DNA of 63,384 nucleotides, filler included, from Craspedostauros australis (GCA_030167865.1; 17 parts of 17 records of this genome joined end to end with filler, not necessarily neighbours in it); one strand, 5' to 3'; shown: positions 37,400 to 49,420, counted from the first letter of the whole stretch. The notes: generated by a model not told the origin, from the letters alone. Made by a program: numbers and translations.

Positions 37400-37467
37400 T
37401 GTTGGGAGGTGCGGCAATTACGGATATTCCGACAAAGTCGTACCCTCAATTCCTAACACACCCCCTC
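37400..37467 (-). mobile_element. Polypurine tract (GAGGGGGTG) followed by a candidate 59-bp LTR (TGTTAGGA...TCCCAACA)
   Basis: PPT abuts TG; the termini are 7/8 inverted repeats. Confidence 0.4.
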
Positions 37468-37858
37468 GGCGATCGACGCCGCCTGCATCCACACGGAGGA
37501 ACTCAAACGCAACCAATTCATCCGCAACCGTGAAGTGCCAACAACGACAACAGTCGCAAGCGAGCAAACGGTCGGAACCCGAGAAATCGGACAGGCAAGC
37601 AACTTCCCGAACGAATCACAATCCCGTCAACCTCACGGCTGACATGGTACAACGCGCCAAGGCAGCGAAGCGATCATATCTTCAGAGCAGGGCCTGGAAG
37701 AGACAGCAGGCCAGGGAGAACCTCAAGAGGCTCGGCGTGCGGCTTCAGCGATGATTCCAAGCGCGATGACAGCGGCGGTCGGTGTGGATTGACTCGGCGA
37801 GGCGCCATCCTGGATTCTCAAAGAAGGCTGTGCAGAATATGCACATCCAAGAGAACAT

Positions 37859-37942
37859 TGATAGAACACAGATGAAAGATGGGTACTTACCTCAAAATTG
37901 GGAGTGATCAAGTCCGTCAATGAAGTAGAGTGAAGCTGTGTA
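37859..37942 (-). repeat. Second copy of the LTR-like 3' terminus seen at 14945-15027, cut by the contig end
   Basis: Near-identical ~83 bp in inverted orientation. Confidence 0.8.
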
Positions 37943-38042
37943 NNNNNNNNNNNNNNNNNNNNNNNNNNNNNNNNNNNNNNNNNNNNTTAATTAATTAANN
38001 NNNNNNNNNNNNNNNNNNNNNNNNNNNNNNNNNNNNNNNNNN

Positions 38043-38124
38043 TGTCATTCTTGCTCAGAGACCATGCTAATCTTCTCTGTATAATATAAGCTATTGTTTG
38101 ATGTCCTCGGTCAAAGACCGGGAC
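38043..38124 (-). ncRNA. U6: U6 spliceosomal snRNA (divergent), 3'-truncated by the contig edge
   Basis: 5' hairpin GTCCCGGTC-TTT-GACCGAGGAC, then ATACAGAGAAGATTAGCATGG (ACAGAGA box and AGC triad) and the ISL TCTCTGAGCAAGAATGACA. Confidence 0.88.
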
Positions 38125-38282
38125 AACACACATCATCCAATTGACATATCAATACCTTTGATGCGAGGCTCCACCTGACTTCGACAAAAACCCTCCCCAT
38201 TCCACCCCTTTCCAAAGTCGCACCGTCGCACTCATCTCCTTGGCATTAGACACGCCCTTGTGCGTATCTGTACGGTACCACA

Positions 38283-38337
38283 CCATACCATACCATACCA
38301 TACCATACCATACCATACCATACCATACCATACCATA
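38283..38337. repeat. (CCATA)11 microsatellite
   Basis: Perfect pentamer run. Confidence 0.95.
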
Positions 38338-39665
38338 AATGAATACATAATCGCACTAGCATGTTGCAGACAACATCCGCCTTTCATTTCTACTACTCAC
38401 CATGTTCTACTCATACATTTTCCTCTCCTTCCTTGTCTTTGAGCGCCTTTCCACGACTTGTCACGCTTTGCGCTCCGTCCTACCATACCCCCACTGTCCA
38501 GGTGCTCCCTTTCCACTCACATATTCGTAGTACTTGTACGTACAGCATGGCGCGAGGTGATCAGCCGCAAGATGTATTGCCAACATCATCACCCTGGACC
38601 AATCATACCTTCTACTGCCAGCTGTCTCTTCCTCTTCGGAAATCAAGCCAGCCATACGCCCAAGCACCCATGTGTCCATGTGCTCATGTCGGTCAAGTGT
38701 TCTCGTGGGTTTGCATCTGGCAACGGTAGTCCTCAACATTCCTCCTCTCATTCGTCAGTGACGGAGAGCAAACTGAAGAGCAACTCTGATGGAGACGTCG
38801 ACGAACGAGCGTCGAGGATGACAAGTGCTCATCTGCGCCTGAATTGCATCACATGATAAGTCGTACACCAAAGACCAATATAGCCACATCCTGTCCGGTT
38901 CGAATGGACAACCACACGGAACCCATCTTTCCTGTTGTTCTGCAACTCACAAGTTGACACCCAAGTTGACACCCAAGTCGATGCCAAAGAACAGAAGAAA
39001 GGCAAACTATCGCTCCAGGCTTCGTTCACGACCACCATCTTGCATGAACGGAATGGCCCAGACACTTCGACACCTCGTCCTTGACACAAATCCATGCTTC
39101 ACTATCGCGGTTTGAAGCAGGAAAGCCTTTCGACTATCAATGACGTGACTACATCTAAATCCACCTTTCTCAAGAGATGGTCATGATAATGTGACCTTGA
39201 TCTGAGGCGTTCGTCATCGACTATTGTGGATACAGGTGAAGAAATGTCTCCCTCTGTTTGTCCCCAACAGGCAAGACCGAGCAGAAATTGGGAACGTGAA
39301 CAGACAATAGTCTCACTTTTCCGTGCAAATCAGGATGTTCGCTTTTGGTGATCCCTTGATCGATGCAGTGCGGTACGAGCCATGTATGCTATGACCCGGC
39401 ACAACCTTGTGGATTGAACCCCAATGCAATGCAATGCAATGCAGCACACGGCATCATGATCGACAAACCCATGAGTACGAATACGCTGCAAACGCTACAG
39501 TATCATACTCTACACCCATGCATTCATGCATTCATTCATCCATTCATCCACGCGCCAATCGAATCTGCTGCTCCTCCCATAATCTCAACAATCTCAATCT
39601 TGACATTCAACAACAATCAACAACAAAACCAAATCCAACATCACTGACAATCCATCACGTCAACG

Positions 39666-42371
39666 ATGATCAAGATCAAACTATTCATTCTTAGCAGCAT
39701 CCTGGTCCACTCTTTCGTGGCAGCCAAGTCCCACCTCCGCCATGATAGGACCAAAGATGCGATCGATGAAATGTTCCTCACCTTGGAAGCCACTCGTCGG
39801 TTGAAGGCCACCATTGGCGGCAATCCTTTCGATGACGACGGCGACGTGAAGAATTCGAAGACGGGTGCCAAGAGGAACAAGACTGGTGGTATTACCCAGC
39901 AACCAACAACTTCTCCAAGTTCCGTCCTTGCGACGTTCCCAACCTCACAACCAACCGTGGAAGAGACTCCTGAACCAACTTCGCCACCGTCCAAAGCAAC
40001 ATCACCACCAACCGCCGCACCAACTGCTGCACCAACTCCAGAGATCTCCCTCAACTTCGATTCCACCATCGAGGTCATTTGCCAGCCAGATGGCACCACC
40101 ATCCTCACACCACAAGAGGCAAGGACCAAGACCATCATCTGTAACTCTGCCAAGCCATCCTGCCGCAAGGCCATCCTTGCTGTGAGGAAGTCCAAAGACT
40201 TGCAGAACTTCTTTGGATGTGCAGGAGACCTTGGTGAAGGAGCCGCACGCAAGCTCTTCAACAAGTACGCATCCAACGACATGCTGGCTGTCCAATTGAC
40301 GTTGATCGCTGCCACCAAGCCGATCCTCGTCACTGAACGACCAGATGCAATGGAAGAGGCGTGCATGACCATTGGAATGACCCAGTCACCTCCCGTCGCC
40401 GCCCCATGCTGCCAAGGATCATCCGGATGCACTTCAGTCACTGGTTCCGCCTCCAACTCTCCTCCATTCATGACCATCGCAATCATGGCATGCACCGGTG
40501 ACAGCGCATGCAAGGACATGGGGCCAAACCCCCTCATTCTTGATTCCTCCTGCACTGGAGACAGCTCATGTGAGTTGATGAATGAGAATGAGATCAATCC
40601 CTTCATCACAGGAGTCACCTTCGTTGGTGAGATGGCATGCACCACCCCTCAAGCTTGTGAGGGAGTGGGACGCCGCTCCCATGGTGATGTGACCATCCAG
40701 GCTGGTGCATGTGTTGGGTCAGAGGCATGCAATGCAGCTGGACGCCGTGTCGTGCAGAAGACCCCCATCCGCATCCGCAGCCACATCGACATCGGTCCGA
40801 ATGCGTGCGTTGGCAGCAATGCCTGCAAGGATGCCCATTCCACTGTCAACCATGGTACTGGCGGGAAGCCGGCAGGCAGCCTGACCATTGGTGCTGGTGG
40901 CTGTGCCGCCGATGGGTCATGCGAGAAGATGGGCTTCAGTGACAGGATGAGAACCGACCTCGTCGTCCCTCCTGGTGGATGTAGCAGTGTCGAAGGCTGC
41001 AGGGGATGCATGACGAAGACGGAGTGCGACCCCGACGAGGTCTACATTATCAGCGATGTCGATGGGGCCTGTCCAAAGGGAGGAAATGACACCAACAACA
41101 ATCCCACTGGTGACAAAGTGGATGAGTACTGTATTGGCAAGGACACATTGCCCACAGACTGTCCAACATTTTCTCCCACTCCTTTCCCCACACCTCTCAC
41201 GTTAGCTCCAACACCAGCTCCCACTTCGGCTCCGACATCGGCTCCAACATCGGCGCCGACTGCGTTGGCGTCAGTTGCGCCAAGCTCACAGCCTTCGCAA
41301 GAGCCTACAAGAACAAGCAGCCCAACTCTCCCTCCAGCATCCTTCACTGTTGGATGTCTCTCAACACCTGGTGACGTCACATCAATGTTCAATATGATCA
41401 TCAGCGACATCCTTTGTGATGAGGCGACAGGCACATGCGCTAACTTTGTCGCTGCAGTCGACGCCCTCAGTGACAAGGGCAAGATGATCAAGAGCATCTT
41501 TGGATGCAATGCTGCAGACCCTCCACAGCCCGTGGCATTGGACGTGGCGCAGGAACGCTTTGACAAGATCAAGAACGATTCAAGCGTCACCAGCGCATTG
41601 TTGGCGATCGCGAAGGACGACACGAAGCTCTTCACTGGTAGCGCGTCTGCTGTGACGAATGCGTGCAATGGCTCATGCTGCAGTGGTAGTAGTGATGCTT
41701 GCACCACTGAGCCTGATGGCGGCGTGATAACGGTGAGCTCAGGGTCATGTAAAGGAAAGCGCGCATGCGACGACATGCATCCTAACGCAACCATACTTGA
41801 CAGTTGCAAGGGAGACTTTGCTTGCTTTCAGTTGGGAATTTTGTCAGGAGATCAGCCAGCTACTGGTGTCAAAGTCGGGTTCAGGGTGATCGGACCAAGA
41901 GCTTGTGTTGCAGGGCAGGGTTGCAATGGTCTTGGAATGAATACCTTTGGGAATGTACGAGTGGAAGAAGGAGCATGCGACGCAATGAATGCCTGCACTA
42001 ACATTGCGAGGCGCAGCAACCAAGGATCTACAACCACGAAACCGATCGTGGTAAGTGTCTTTGTTGGAAAGAATGCGTGCCAAGGGAATTTCGCTTGTTC
42101 TGCCTTGCATCGCGTGGCATCGACCAAACTTGCAGGAAGCGTGATCATCGAAGACGGTGCCTGCTCCGGTGCCAGCGCATGCCAAGATCTTGGCAACAGT
42201 GACAGTGCAACCAATGACATCATCATCAGAGCAGGAGTCTGCACGACGCCCGCTACCTGTAACCGATGCGCCCAAGGACCATTGTGTGCGTCACCGACAG
42301 AGACGTACGTAATCGACAACGCAGCCACGGATTGCCCTGGACCAGAGCAATCTGCCTGCGCAGTGGTCTAA
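39666..42371 (+). CDS. Secreted Cys-rich repeat protein with two homologous domains and PTxAPT linkers, 901 aa
   Basis: Signal peptide, RRL site, P/T/S-rich linkers and many [IV]xxx[AS]CxGxx[AS]C-like units; no TM helix. Confidence 0.88.
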   Translation: MIKIKLFILSSILVHSFVAAKSHLRHDRTKDAIDEMFLTLEATRRLKATIGGNPFDDDGDVKNSKTGAKRNKTGGITQQPTTSPSSVLATFPTSQPTVEETPEPTSPPSKATSPPTAAPTAAPTPEISLNFDSTIEVICQPDGTTILTPQEARTKTIICNSAKPSCRKAILAVRKSKDLQNFFGCAGDLGEGAARKLFNKYASNDMLAVQLTLIAATKPILVTERPDAMEEACMTIGMTQSPPVAAPCCQGSSGCTSVTGSASNSPPFMTIAIMACTGDSACKDMGPNPLILDSSCTGDSSCELMNENEINPFITGVTFVGEMACTTPQACEGVGRRSHGDVTIQAGACVGSEACNAAGRRVVQKTPIRIRSHIDIGPNACVGSNACKDAHSTVNHGTGGKPAGSLTIGAGGCAADGSCEKMGFSDRMRTDLVVPPGGCSSVEGCRGCMTKTECDPDEVYIISDVDGACPKGGNDTNNNPTGDKVDEYCIGKDTLPTDCPTFSPTPFPTPLTLAPTPAPTSAPTSAPTSAPTALASVAPSSQPSQEPTRTSSPTLPPASFTVGCLSTPGDVTSMFNMIISDILCDEATGTCANFVAAVDALSDKGKMIKSIFGCNAADPPQPVALDVAQERFDKIKNDSSVTSALLAIAKDDTKLFTGSASAVTNACNGSCCSGSSDACTTEPDGGVITVSSGSCKGKRACDDMHPNATILDSCKGDFACFQLGILSGDQPATGVKVGFRVIGPRACVAGQGCNGLGMNTFGNVRVEEGACDAMNACTNIARRSNQGSTTTKPIVVSVFVGKNACQGNFACSALHRVASTKLAGSVIIEDGACSGASACQDLGNSDSATNDIIIRAGVCTTPATCNRCAQGPLCASPTETYVIDNAATDCPGPEQSACAVV

Positions 42372-42893
42372 GGGCAGACTAAGTCTAATGTGAACACACA
42401 GCCATTCAGTCCACTATCTATGTGCACTGTTGGTCGTCGTTTATCTAGTCGTTATGATGATTCATCGTTCATCTCTCTAAAACCAACCACACAACGGAAC
42501 ATCTCCCTTGTCCTTCCTCGCGCGCACCTTGTCGACCATGACACGACACAACACAATTCGACCATACTGCTTTTTGAAACGCCAGAAGCCGTTACACAAA
42601 CTGGAATTCTTCATGCCACTCGCAGCTCAAGTTAATTGGAGAATGTACGTCGTGTTCAGGTTCCCAAGTATAAGAGCTCCGAGAGTTGCGAAGTGAGGAC
42701 ACGGATCTTCCACCAAACAGACATATCCGAATCCCAAAGAGCATCGGTTGCGGATCGTCACCCTGCCCAATCCTGTGTTTGGCTGCGAGTGGCTTCGTCT
42801 AGCACCGACAAGGTGGAAGGAGGACACTTTCTATCCATCGCATTCCATTCACATCCATCAACGAGGATGCTCACTCTTGGATACACCGACACT

Positions 42894-43582
42894 TCACAAC
42901 AGAAAGTCACCTCGAGGCGTCTTCGGCAACTTCTGACAACGCAAGTCCGATGTCGACGGGTCCAACATGAAGGCTTGGATCTGGTTCATGGCACCTTCAG
43001 GTGTGAAATGGCTTTGTCGGTACGACAGGATGCGCTGCTCTGCTTCGCGAATCTTCTCGAAAGTCCAGCTCTTGTTCTGTGCTGCTACTGATGGTGATGA
43101 AAGCGAGGTCAGAAGTGTCTCTCGCATAAACTTGTCCACGAAGCCATGCTTGATGGTGATGATCATCTCCTCTCGCTCCATCAAGTCGATGTATGGGATC
43201 CATGGTATGTCCAGGTAAACCTGGATCGGAATCAAGCCCATCTGCAGGGTCTCCATGACATGGTACGATGTTCGTCCATAACCGCGCGGACAGAAGGAGA
43301 AGCAGGAGTCTGCCATGATGTCTCTCCACGCAGATCCGTAGAAGGATGTGAATATCTTGAGCGTGCTGTTGTTGATTGCTCGTGCCTCAGGATTTCTATC
43401 AAGGCGTTGCAATCGTCCGATCATCTGACGCCTCATCTCCCGCGGTGCATTGACTGGGCTGCCGACATATGAGGTGACGTAGGTTCGATTTGTCGGATCT
43501 TTGCGAAACGGTCGCTCTTCTTTGTCTTCGTCAGGATTTTGCGTTGGAGGTGGGAATGTGCGATTGAGCAAGGGAGCCTCTG
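42894..43582 (-). CDS. Exostosin/GT47-like glycosyltransferase, C-terminal fragment
   Basis: SYVGS...R, M.DS.FSFCPRGYGRTSYHVMETLQMGLIPIQV...PWIPY. Confidence 0.75.
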
Positions 43583-44809
43583 NNNNNNNNNNNNNNNNNN
43601 NNNNNNNNNNNNNNNNNNNNNNNNNNTTAATTAATTAANNNNNNNNNNNNNNNNNNNNNNNNNNNNNNNNNNNNNNNNNNNNAACTTGTCACATGCACAA
43701 TGTCAGTAAGAACAGACAGGTTAAATCCAAACGAAGGAACAAGACCGGTGCACGCATACACACAGATGAAGACCGGAAGCGCTTTGTCACATTTATTCGT
43801 CCTGTGCGAAATTCGTCTGTTACTGTTTCCCTCGGACATTCGCACCGTTTTTTCCATCTCGCCGTTGAATCGTGGAACATGTTCTCATTTGTGCCATTTT
43901 TTCTGCGTTGGCCGGACCGAAACAGTGTTTCGACTGCGTCGCCTTTGGCGCATTCGCCCAACATGTTGGTCTGTTTGTACATACACTGCAGTTTTGAACG
44001 GATTGCTCCCTGCGTCCGGATGTGCCAGGAATGATGTTTTGGTTGTGGCAGTTCTGAACAGGCAGTTTCAGGATGAACGGTTCGAGCAACACCATTTGGG
44101 CATTTGTTAGCCCCTTTCTGCGCCAATTGACGTAATGTTGAGACTATTTTATGCCTTGGTGTCGATTTCGACCAAGAACAGCATTACTTAGACCCATTCT
44201 TGTCAATTATTGTGCAGCGAGTGACACTATTGGGGCTATCAAAGTCTTTCAAAGTGCCATTTGGGACCAACATGTCGCGTTTTGGGTTCGCTGCGACGCT
44301 ATTTAGTGTGGTTGTACACTGCGACGTGGTTCCGAGCCCATTCCTACTAGGTCGTATTCAACCGAACCAACGGACTGTCCGATCCTGCTCGGTCTTTTTG
44401 CGACTTTCCAAGTCACACGCGAATACTTCCGCGGAATGCGAAACTTCAATGTATTCGGTTTCGTCTCACCATGTGGTATTCGACCGCGCCAACGGACTGT
44501 CCGGCCCTGCTTGGTCTTTTCGCAGCATTCGAAATCATCCACGACCACTGATGCGGAATGCGTCGCTGCGATGGAACTGCGCCGGTTCTGCACGTACGCA
44601 TGGCCACGAAGGAAGGAATTTGCATCGCAATGGAGCGCACGACCGTGCTGGTTTGTTTCAGCGCACTGGAAGAACAGAGGCAACCAAACACCCACAGAGC
44701 AGCGTCACCAAACAAGGCTTGCAGTGGTATTGCCTCTCAACATGTCAAAACAACCCACTCGAACAAATCATTGCTGCCATAAAAAACACAACACTCACCC
44801 ACACAATCC

Positions 44810-45835
44810 AACATCAACACATTCGAACATCAGCACATCCTTGCACTCGCACATCAAGACACTCTCACATTTGGACATCAGCACATCCTTGCACTTGCAC
44901 ACCAAGACACTCTCACATCAGCACATCAGCACATCAGCACATCAGCACATCCTCGAACTCGCACAAAAACAGACTCTCACATTTGGACATCAGCACGTCC
45001 TCACACTGGCACATCAAGACACTCTCACATTCGGACATCACCACATCAGGACATCCTTGCACCAAAGGCGCACCCGCACTCGCACCCGCACATCAAGACG
45101 CTCTCACATTTGGACATCAGCACATCAGCACATTCGCACATCAACGGACTCTCACATTTGGACATCAGCACTTCCTCGCACTCACACATCAAGACACTCC
45201 CANNNNNNNNNNNNNNNNNNNNNNNNNNNNNNNNNNNNNNNNNNNNNNNNNNNNNNNNNNNNNNNNNNNNNNNNNNNNNNNNNNNNNNNNNNNNNNNNNN
45301 NNNNNNNNNNNNNNNNNNNNNNNNNNNNNNNNNNNNNNNNNNNNNNNNNNNNNNNNNNNNNNNNNNNNNNNNNNNNNNNNNNNNNNNNNNNNNNNNNNNN
45401 NNNNNNNNNNNNNNNNNNNNNNNNNNNNNNNNNNNNNNNNNNNNNNNNNNNNNNNNNNNNNNNNNNNNNNNNNNNNNNNNNNNNNNNNNNNNNNNNNNNN
45501 NNNNNNNNNNNNNNNNNNNNNACATCAGCACATCCTCGCACTCGCACATCAAGACACTCTCACATTCGAACATCAGCACATCCTCGCACTCGCACATCAA
45601 GACACTCTCACATTTGGACATCACCACATCAGCACATCCTTGCACATTTGCACATTCCCACATCAACGGACTCTCACACTCAGGCATCACCACATCCTTG
45701 CACTTGCACATCAAGACACTCTCACATTTGTACATCAGCACATCCTCACACTTGCACATCAAGACACTCTCACATTTGGACATCACCACATCCTTGCACT
45801 CGCACATCAAGACACTTGCACATCAGCACATTTGC
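44810..45835. repeat. ~48-bp minisatellite built from 8-bp CACATCAG-like subunits, with a collapsed N gap inside; mirrored at 46212-46445
   Basis: Unit ACATCAGCACATCCTTGCACTCGCACATCAAGACACTCTCACATTTGG. 43683-45043 is the reverse complement of 46212-47572. Confidence 0.9.
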
Positions 45836-45847
45836 ACACACACAACA

Positions 45848-46111
45848 ATGGTTGGCTCAGAAGTCCGTTTCTACAAAAATGGCCCCGATGCTAAGGAGCT
45901 GATCAAGGCGTTCTTGGCCGAGCCAACAAAATGGCACTGGGAGTCAACGCCTCTGCGTCTTCATCACCCTTTCTTGGTCAAGTACGATGCAAAGAAGTTT
46001 GTTCGGACGCTACGCGAATTCAAACGCGCACTGGTGAAGAAGTCTTTGTTTCATCGTGAGTATCACATGCCCAGTGACATTGCCAACTTTTCATCCTGAG
46101 CATCTCTGCTT
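45848..46111 (+). CDS. Possible first exon of an unknown gene (MVGSEVRFYKNGPDAKELI...), putative donor GTGAGT at 46056
   Basis: ACAACAATG start context, protein-like composition and a donor site; cut by the contig end. Confidence 0.35.
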
Positions 46112-47923
46112 NNNNNNNNNNNNNNNNNNNNNNNNNNNNNNNNNNNNNNNNNNNNTTAATTAATTAANNNNNNNNNNNNNNNNNNNNNNNNNNNNNNNNN
46201 NNNNNNNNNNNTGGTGATGTCCGAATGTGAGAGTGTCTTGATGTGCCAGTGTGAGGACGTGCTGATGTCCAAATGTGAGAGTCTGTTTTTGTGCGAGTTC
46301 GAGGATGTGCTGATGTGCTGATGTGCTGATGTGCTGATGTGAGAGTGTCTTGGTGTGCAAGTGCAAGGATGTGCTGATGTCCAAATGTGAGAGTGTCTTG
46401 ATGTGCGAGTGCAAGGATGTGCTGATGTTCGAATGTGTTGATGTTGGATTGTGTGGGTGAGTGTTGTGTTTTTTATGGCAGCAATGATTTGTTCGAGTGG
46501 GTTGTTTTGACATGTTGAGAGGCAATACCACTGCAAGCCTTGTTTGGTGACGCTGCTCTGTGGGTGTTTGGTTGCCTCTGTTCTTCCAGTGCGCTGAAAC
46601 AAACCAGCACGGTCGTGCGCTCCATTGCGATGCAAATTCCTTCCTTCGTGGCCATGCGTACGTGCAGAACCGGCGCAGTTCCATCGCAGCGACGCATTCC
46701 GCATCAGTGGTCGTGGATGATTTCGAATGCTGCGAAAAGACCAAGCAGGGCCGGACAGTCCGTTGGCGCGGTCGAATACCACATGGTGAGACGAAACCGA
46801 ATACATTGAAGTTTCGCATTCCGCGGAAGTATTCGCGTGTGACTTGGAAAGTCGCAAAAAGACCGAGCAGGATCGGACAGTCCGTTGGTTCGGTTGAATA
46901 CGACCTAGTAGGAATGGGCTCGGAACCACGTCGCAGTGTACAACCACACTAAATAGCGTCGCAGCGAACCCAAAACGCGACATGTTGGTCCCAAATGGCA
47001 CTTTGAAAGACTTTGATAGCCCCAATAGTGTCACTCGCTGCACAATAATTGACAAGAATGGGTCTAAGTAATGCTGTTCTTGGTCGAAATCGACACCAAG
47101 GCATAAAATAGTCTCAACATTACGTCAATTGGCGCAGAAAGGGGCTAACAAATGCCCAAATGGTGTTGCTCGAACCGTTCATCCTGAAACTGCCTGTTCA
47201 GAACTGCCACAACCAAAACATCATTCCTGGCACATCCGGACGCAGGGAGCAATCCGTTCAAAACTGCAGTGTATGTACAAACAGACCAACATGTTGGGCG
47301 AATGCGCCAAAGGCGACGCAGTCGAAACACTGTTTCGGTCCGGCCAACGCAGAAAAAATGGCACAAATGAGAACATGTTCCACGATTCAACGGCGAGATG
47401 GAAAAAACGGTGCGAATGTCCGAGGGAAACAGTAACAGACGAATTTCGCACAGGACGAATAAATGTGACAAAGCGCTTCCGGTCTTCATCTGTGTGTATG
47501 CGTGCACCGGTCTTGTTCCTTCGTTTGGATTTAACCTGTCTGTTCTTACTGACATTGTGCATGTGACAAGTTTGCACGATCGACCCTGCGCGGCATGACT
47601 CCATACCCGGTTTGTTTCAGCAATACTGCACAGAAACATGTCAGACATGACATGAAGAACAACAAATCATCCCACGTACAACATCACTCGCGCACCATCC
47701 GACATGATCCTTCTGCTGTTCGTCTGTTGCTGTGTGTGCTGTTCTTTTTCGTTTGGTTCGATTTAACCTGTCTNNNNNNNNNNNNNNNNNNNNNNNNNNN
47801 NNNNNNNNNNNNNNNNNTTAATTAATTAANNNNNNNNNNNNNNNNNNNNNNNNNNNNNNNNNNNNNNNNNNNNCAATCGGCATCAGCCGTAACAACTGCG
47901 ACGACAGTGACAACAAGAAACGG

Positions 47924-49420
47924 ATGAACTGCACCATGGATGATGTCGCCAACACCAACCATGACCCTCACTTCGAGGCATTCTGGAAACAGCTTTATGG
48001 ACAACAATTGCCACAGACGACCATCGTCGTTACGGATGGCAACTACGACATGCAAGTCAACTGCTGCGACATCACACCCAAACGGATGGAACACTGGGAC
48101 ATGGCCATCGAAGCAGGATTCACCTTCGCTGACTTGAAATCGATGGTGGAGCGGCACAAGATCGTTATTATATCACCTGATGTTCTACTGAGCGATTCGT
48201 GGCTCCAGAGCTGCGGGCGGATGCGCATTGGATCCCTGAAACTGGAATTCGGCACCATTGACCAATTTGGAGAGGAAGACAAGCAAGCGATTCGATTCGT
48301 ACTTCGATTGGTTGCCGAACATCCACTCAAAGTTCCATTCGACAGAGGAATCCAATTGAATAAGTCCTTCGTGGAGATGAAGCAGCTCCACGATATTCCT
48401 CTTGTGACACATTGTGTGTATTTGGATTCATGTGATCTTGTTGATTGCGACAAGCTCATGCTCAACATCTCCCAAAACTCGAAACACGTTGTATTCAGTG
48501 ACTGCAAGCTCGCCGATGGGGGCGCTGATTTGTGCAGATGGCTGTCTCCAAACAATTGCAGAGTCACCACAGCAACATTTTTATCCACCCGTATCACTTG
48601 CGATAGCTTGGCAAAGCTATTCCAGTCAAACAAGCGCATCAACAAGCTCGGCATCAATTTCTGTGGGGACTACAGCGCCCGACAAATGTGCTCACGACAA
48701 GAAATCGACCAGATCATCAATTTCCTTTCAGATGCATCACACCTGAAGAAGCTCACGATTTCTGGTATTTGGAACGGGTTATCGCGACAAGAACAAGATA
48801 CATGGTTCGACACTTTGATATCACTCCTGGGAAACAAGAGCTTGTCATCTCTCACATACTTGGAGTTCTGGAATCCCGACGTGTCTGAGGTTCCCCCTGA
48901 GACCCTCTCGGCACAAATGAAAGCACTTCAGCAAGCCTTGGAACAGACTACCCAACTCACCTATCTCGACATTCGACCACGCCCGCCTGACGAACATGCC
49001 CATTCATACAATGCGCTTGTTGAACGTATCTTGCGGCGAAATCATCGCAACAAGGTGAGAGCAGTGCTGGGTTCCCTTCCGACATGGTCGCGGCCACTGG
49101 CCCTGTTTGGGACGATGCTGATGACAAGAATCCGACGTTGGGGTCCAATGGGTTCCACGAACGAGACTTTCCATCTTCTGTTGCAGGGCAGTGAGATGTT
49201 GAAGCGGGCAAGGCATGACAAGAGAGCAGGTCAGCTCGTCCAAGTTGAGAAGGATCCCACTGCCCAAGAGAAGAACCAGCAAAGACAAGACGTCGCCTGG
49301 AATAGATCAAAGCGCTTCTGCCAGAGCATCGGAAGTGATAACGGACTGGCCATACTCGCCAAAGCGACGAAGGTTCCACTTGACAGTTTGCAAAGAAAGG
49401 CTGAGTGCACCGATGATTGA
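47924..49420 (+). CDS. Hypothetical RNI-like/LRR-type protein, ~498 aa
   Basis: Long ORF with LxxLxL-like units (INKLGI, LKKLTI, LTYLEF, LTYLDI) and a C-terminal ILRRN. Confidence 0.65.
   Translation: MNCTMDDVANTNHDPHFEAFWKQLYGQQLPQTTIVVTDGNYDMQVNCCDITPKRMEHWDMAIEAGFTFADLKSMVERHKIVIISPDVLLSDSWLQSCGRMRIGSLKLEFGTIDQFGEEDKQAIRFVLRLVAEHPLKVPFDRGIQLNKSFVEMKQLHDIPLVTHCVYLDSCDLVDCDKLMLNISQNSKHVVFSDCKLADGGADLCRWLSPNNCRVTTATFLSTRITCDSLAKLFQSNKRINKLGINFCGDYSARQMCSRQEIDQIINFLSDASHLKKLTISGIWNGLSRQEQDTWFDTLISLLGNKSLSSLTYLEFWNPDVSEVPPETLSAQMKALQQALEQTTQLTYLDIRPRPPDEHAHSYNALVERILRRNHRNKVRAVLGSLPTWSRPLALFGTMLMTRIRRWGPMGSTNETFHLLLQGSEMLKRARHDKRAGQLVQVEKDPTAQEKNQQRQDVAWNRSKRFCQSIGSDNGLAILAKATKVPLDSLQRKAECTDD

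Noticed and set aside
44200..45902. Long His/Thr-rich ORFs (564, 488 and 329 aa)
   Set aside because: They are translations of a stop-poor minisatellite and an N gap.
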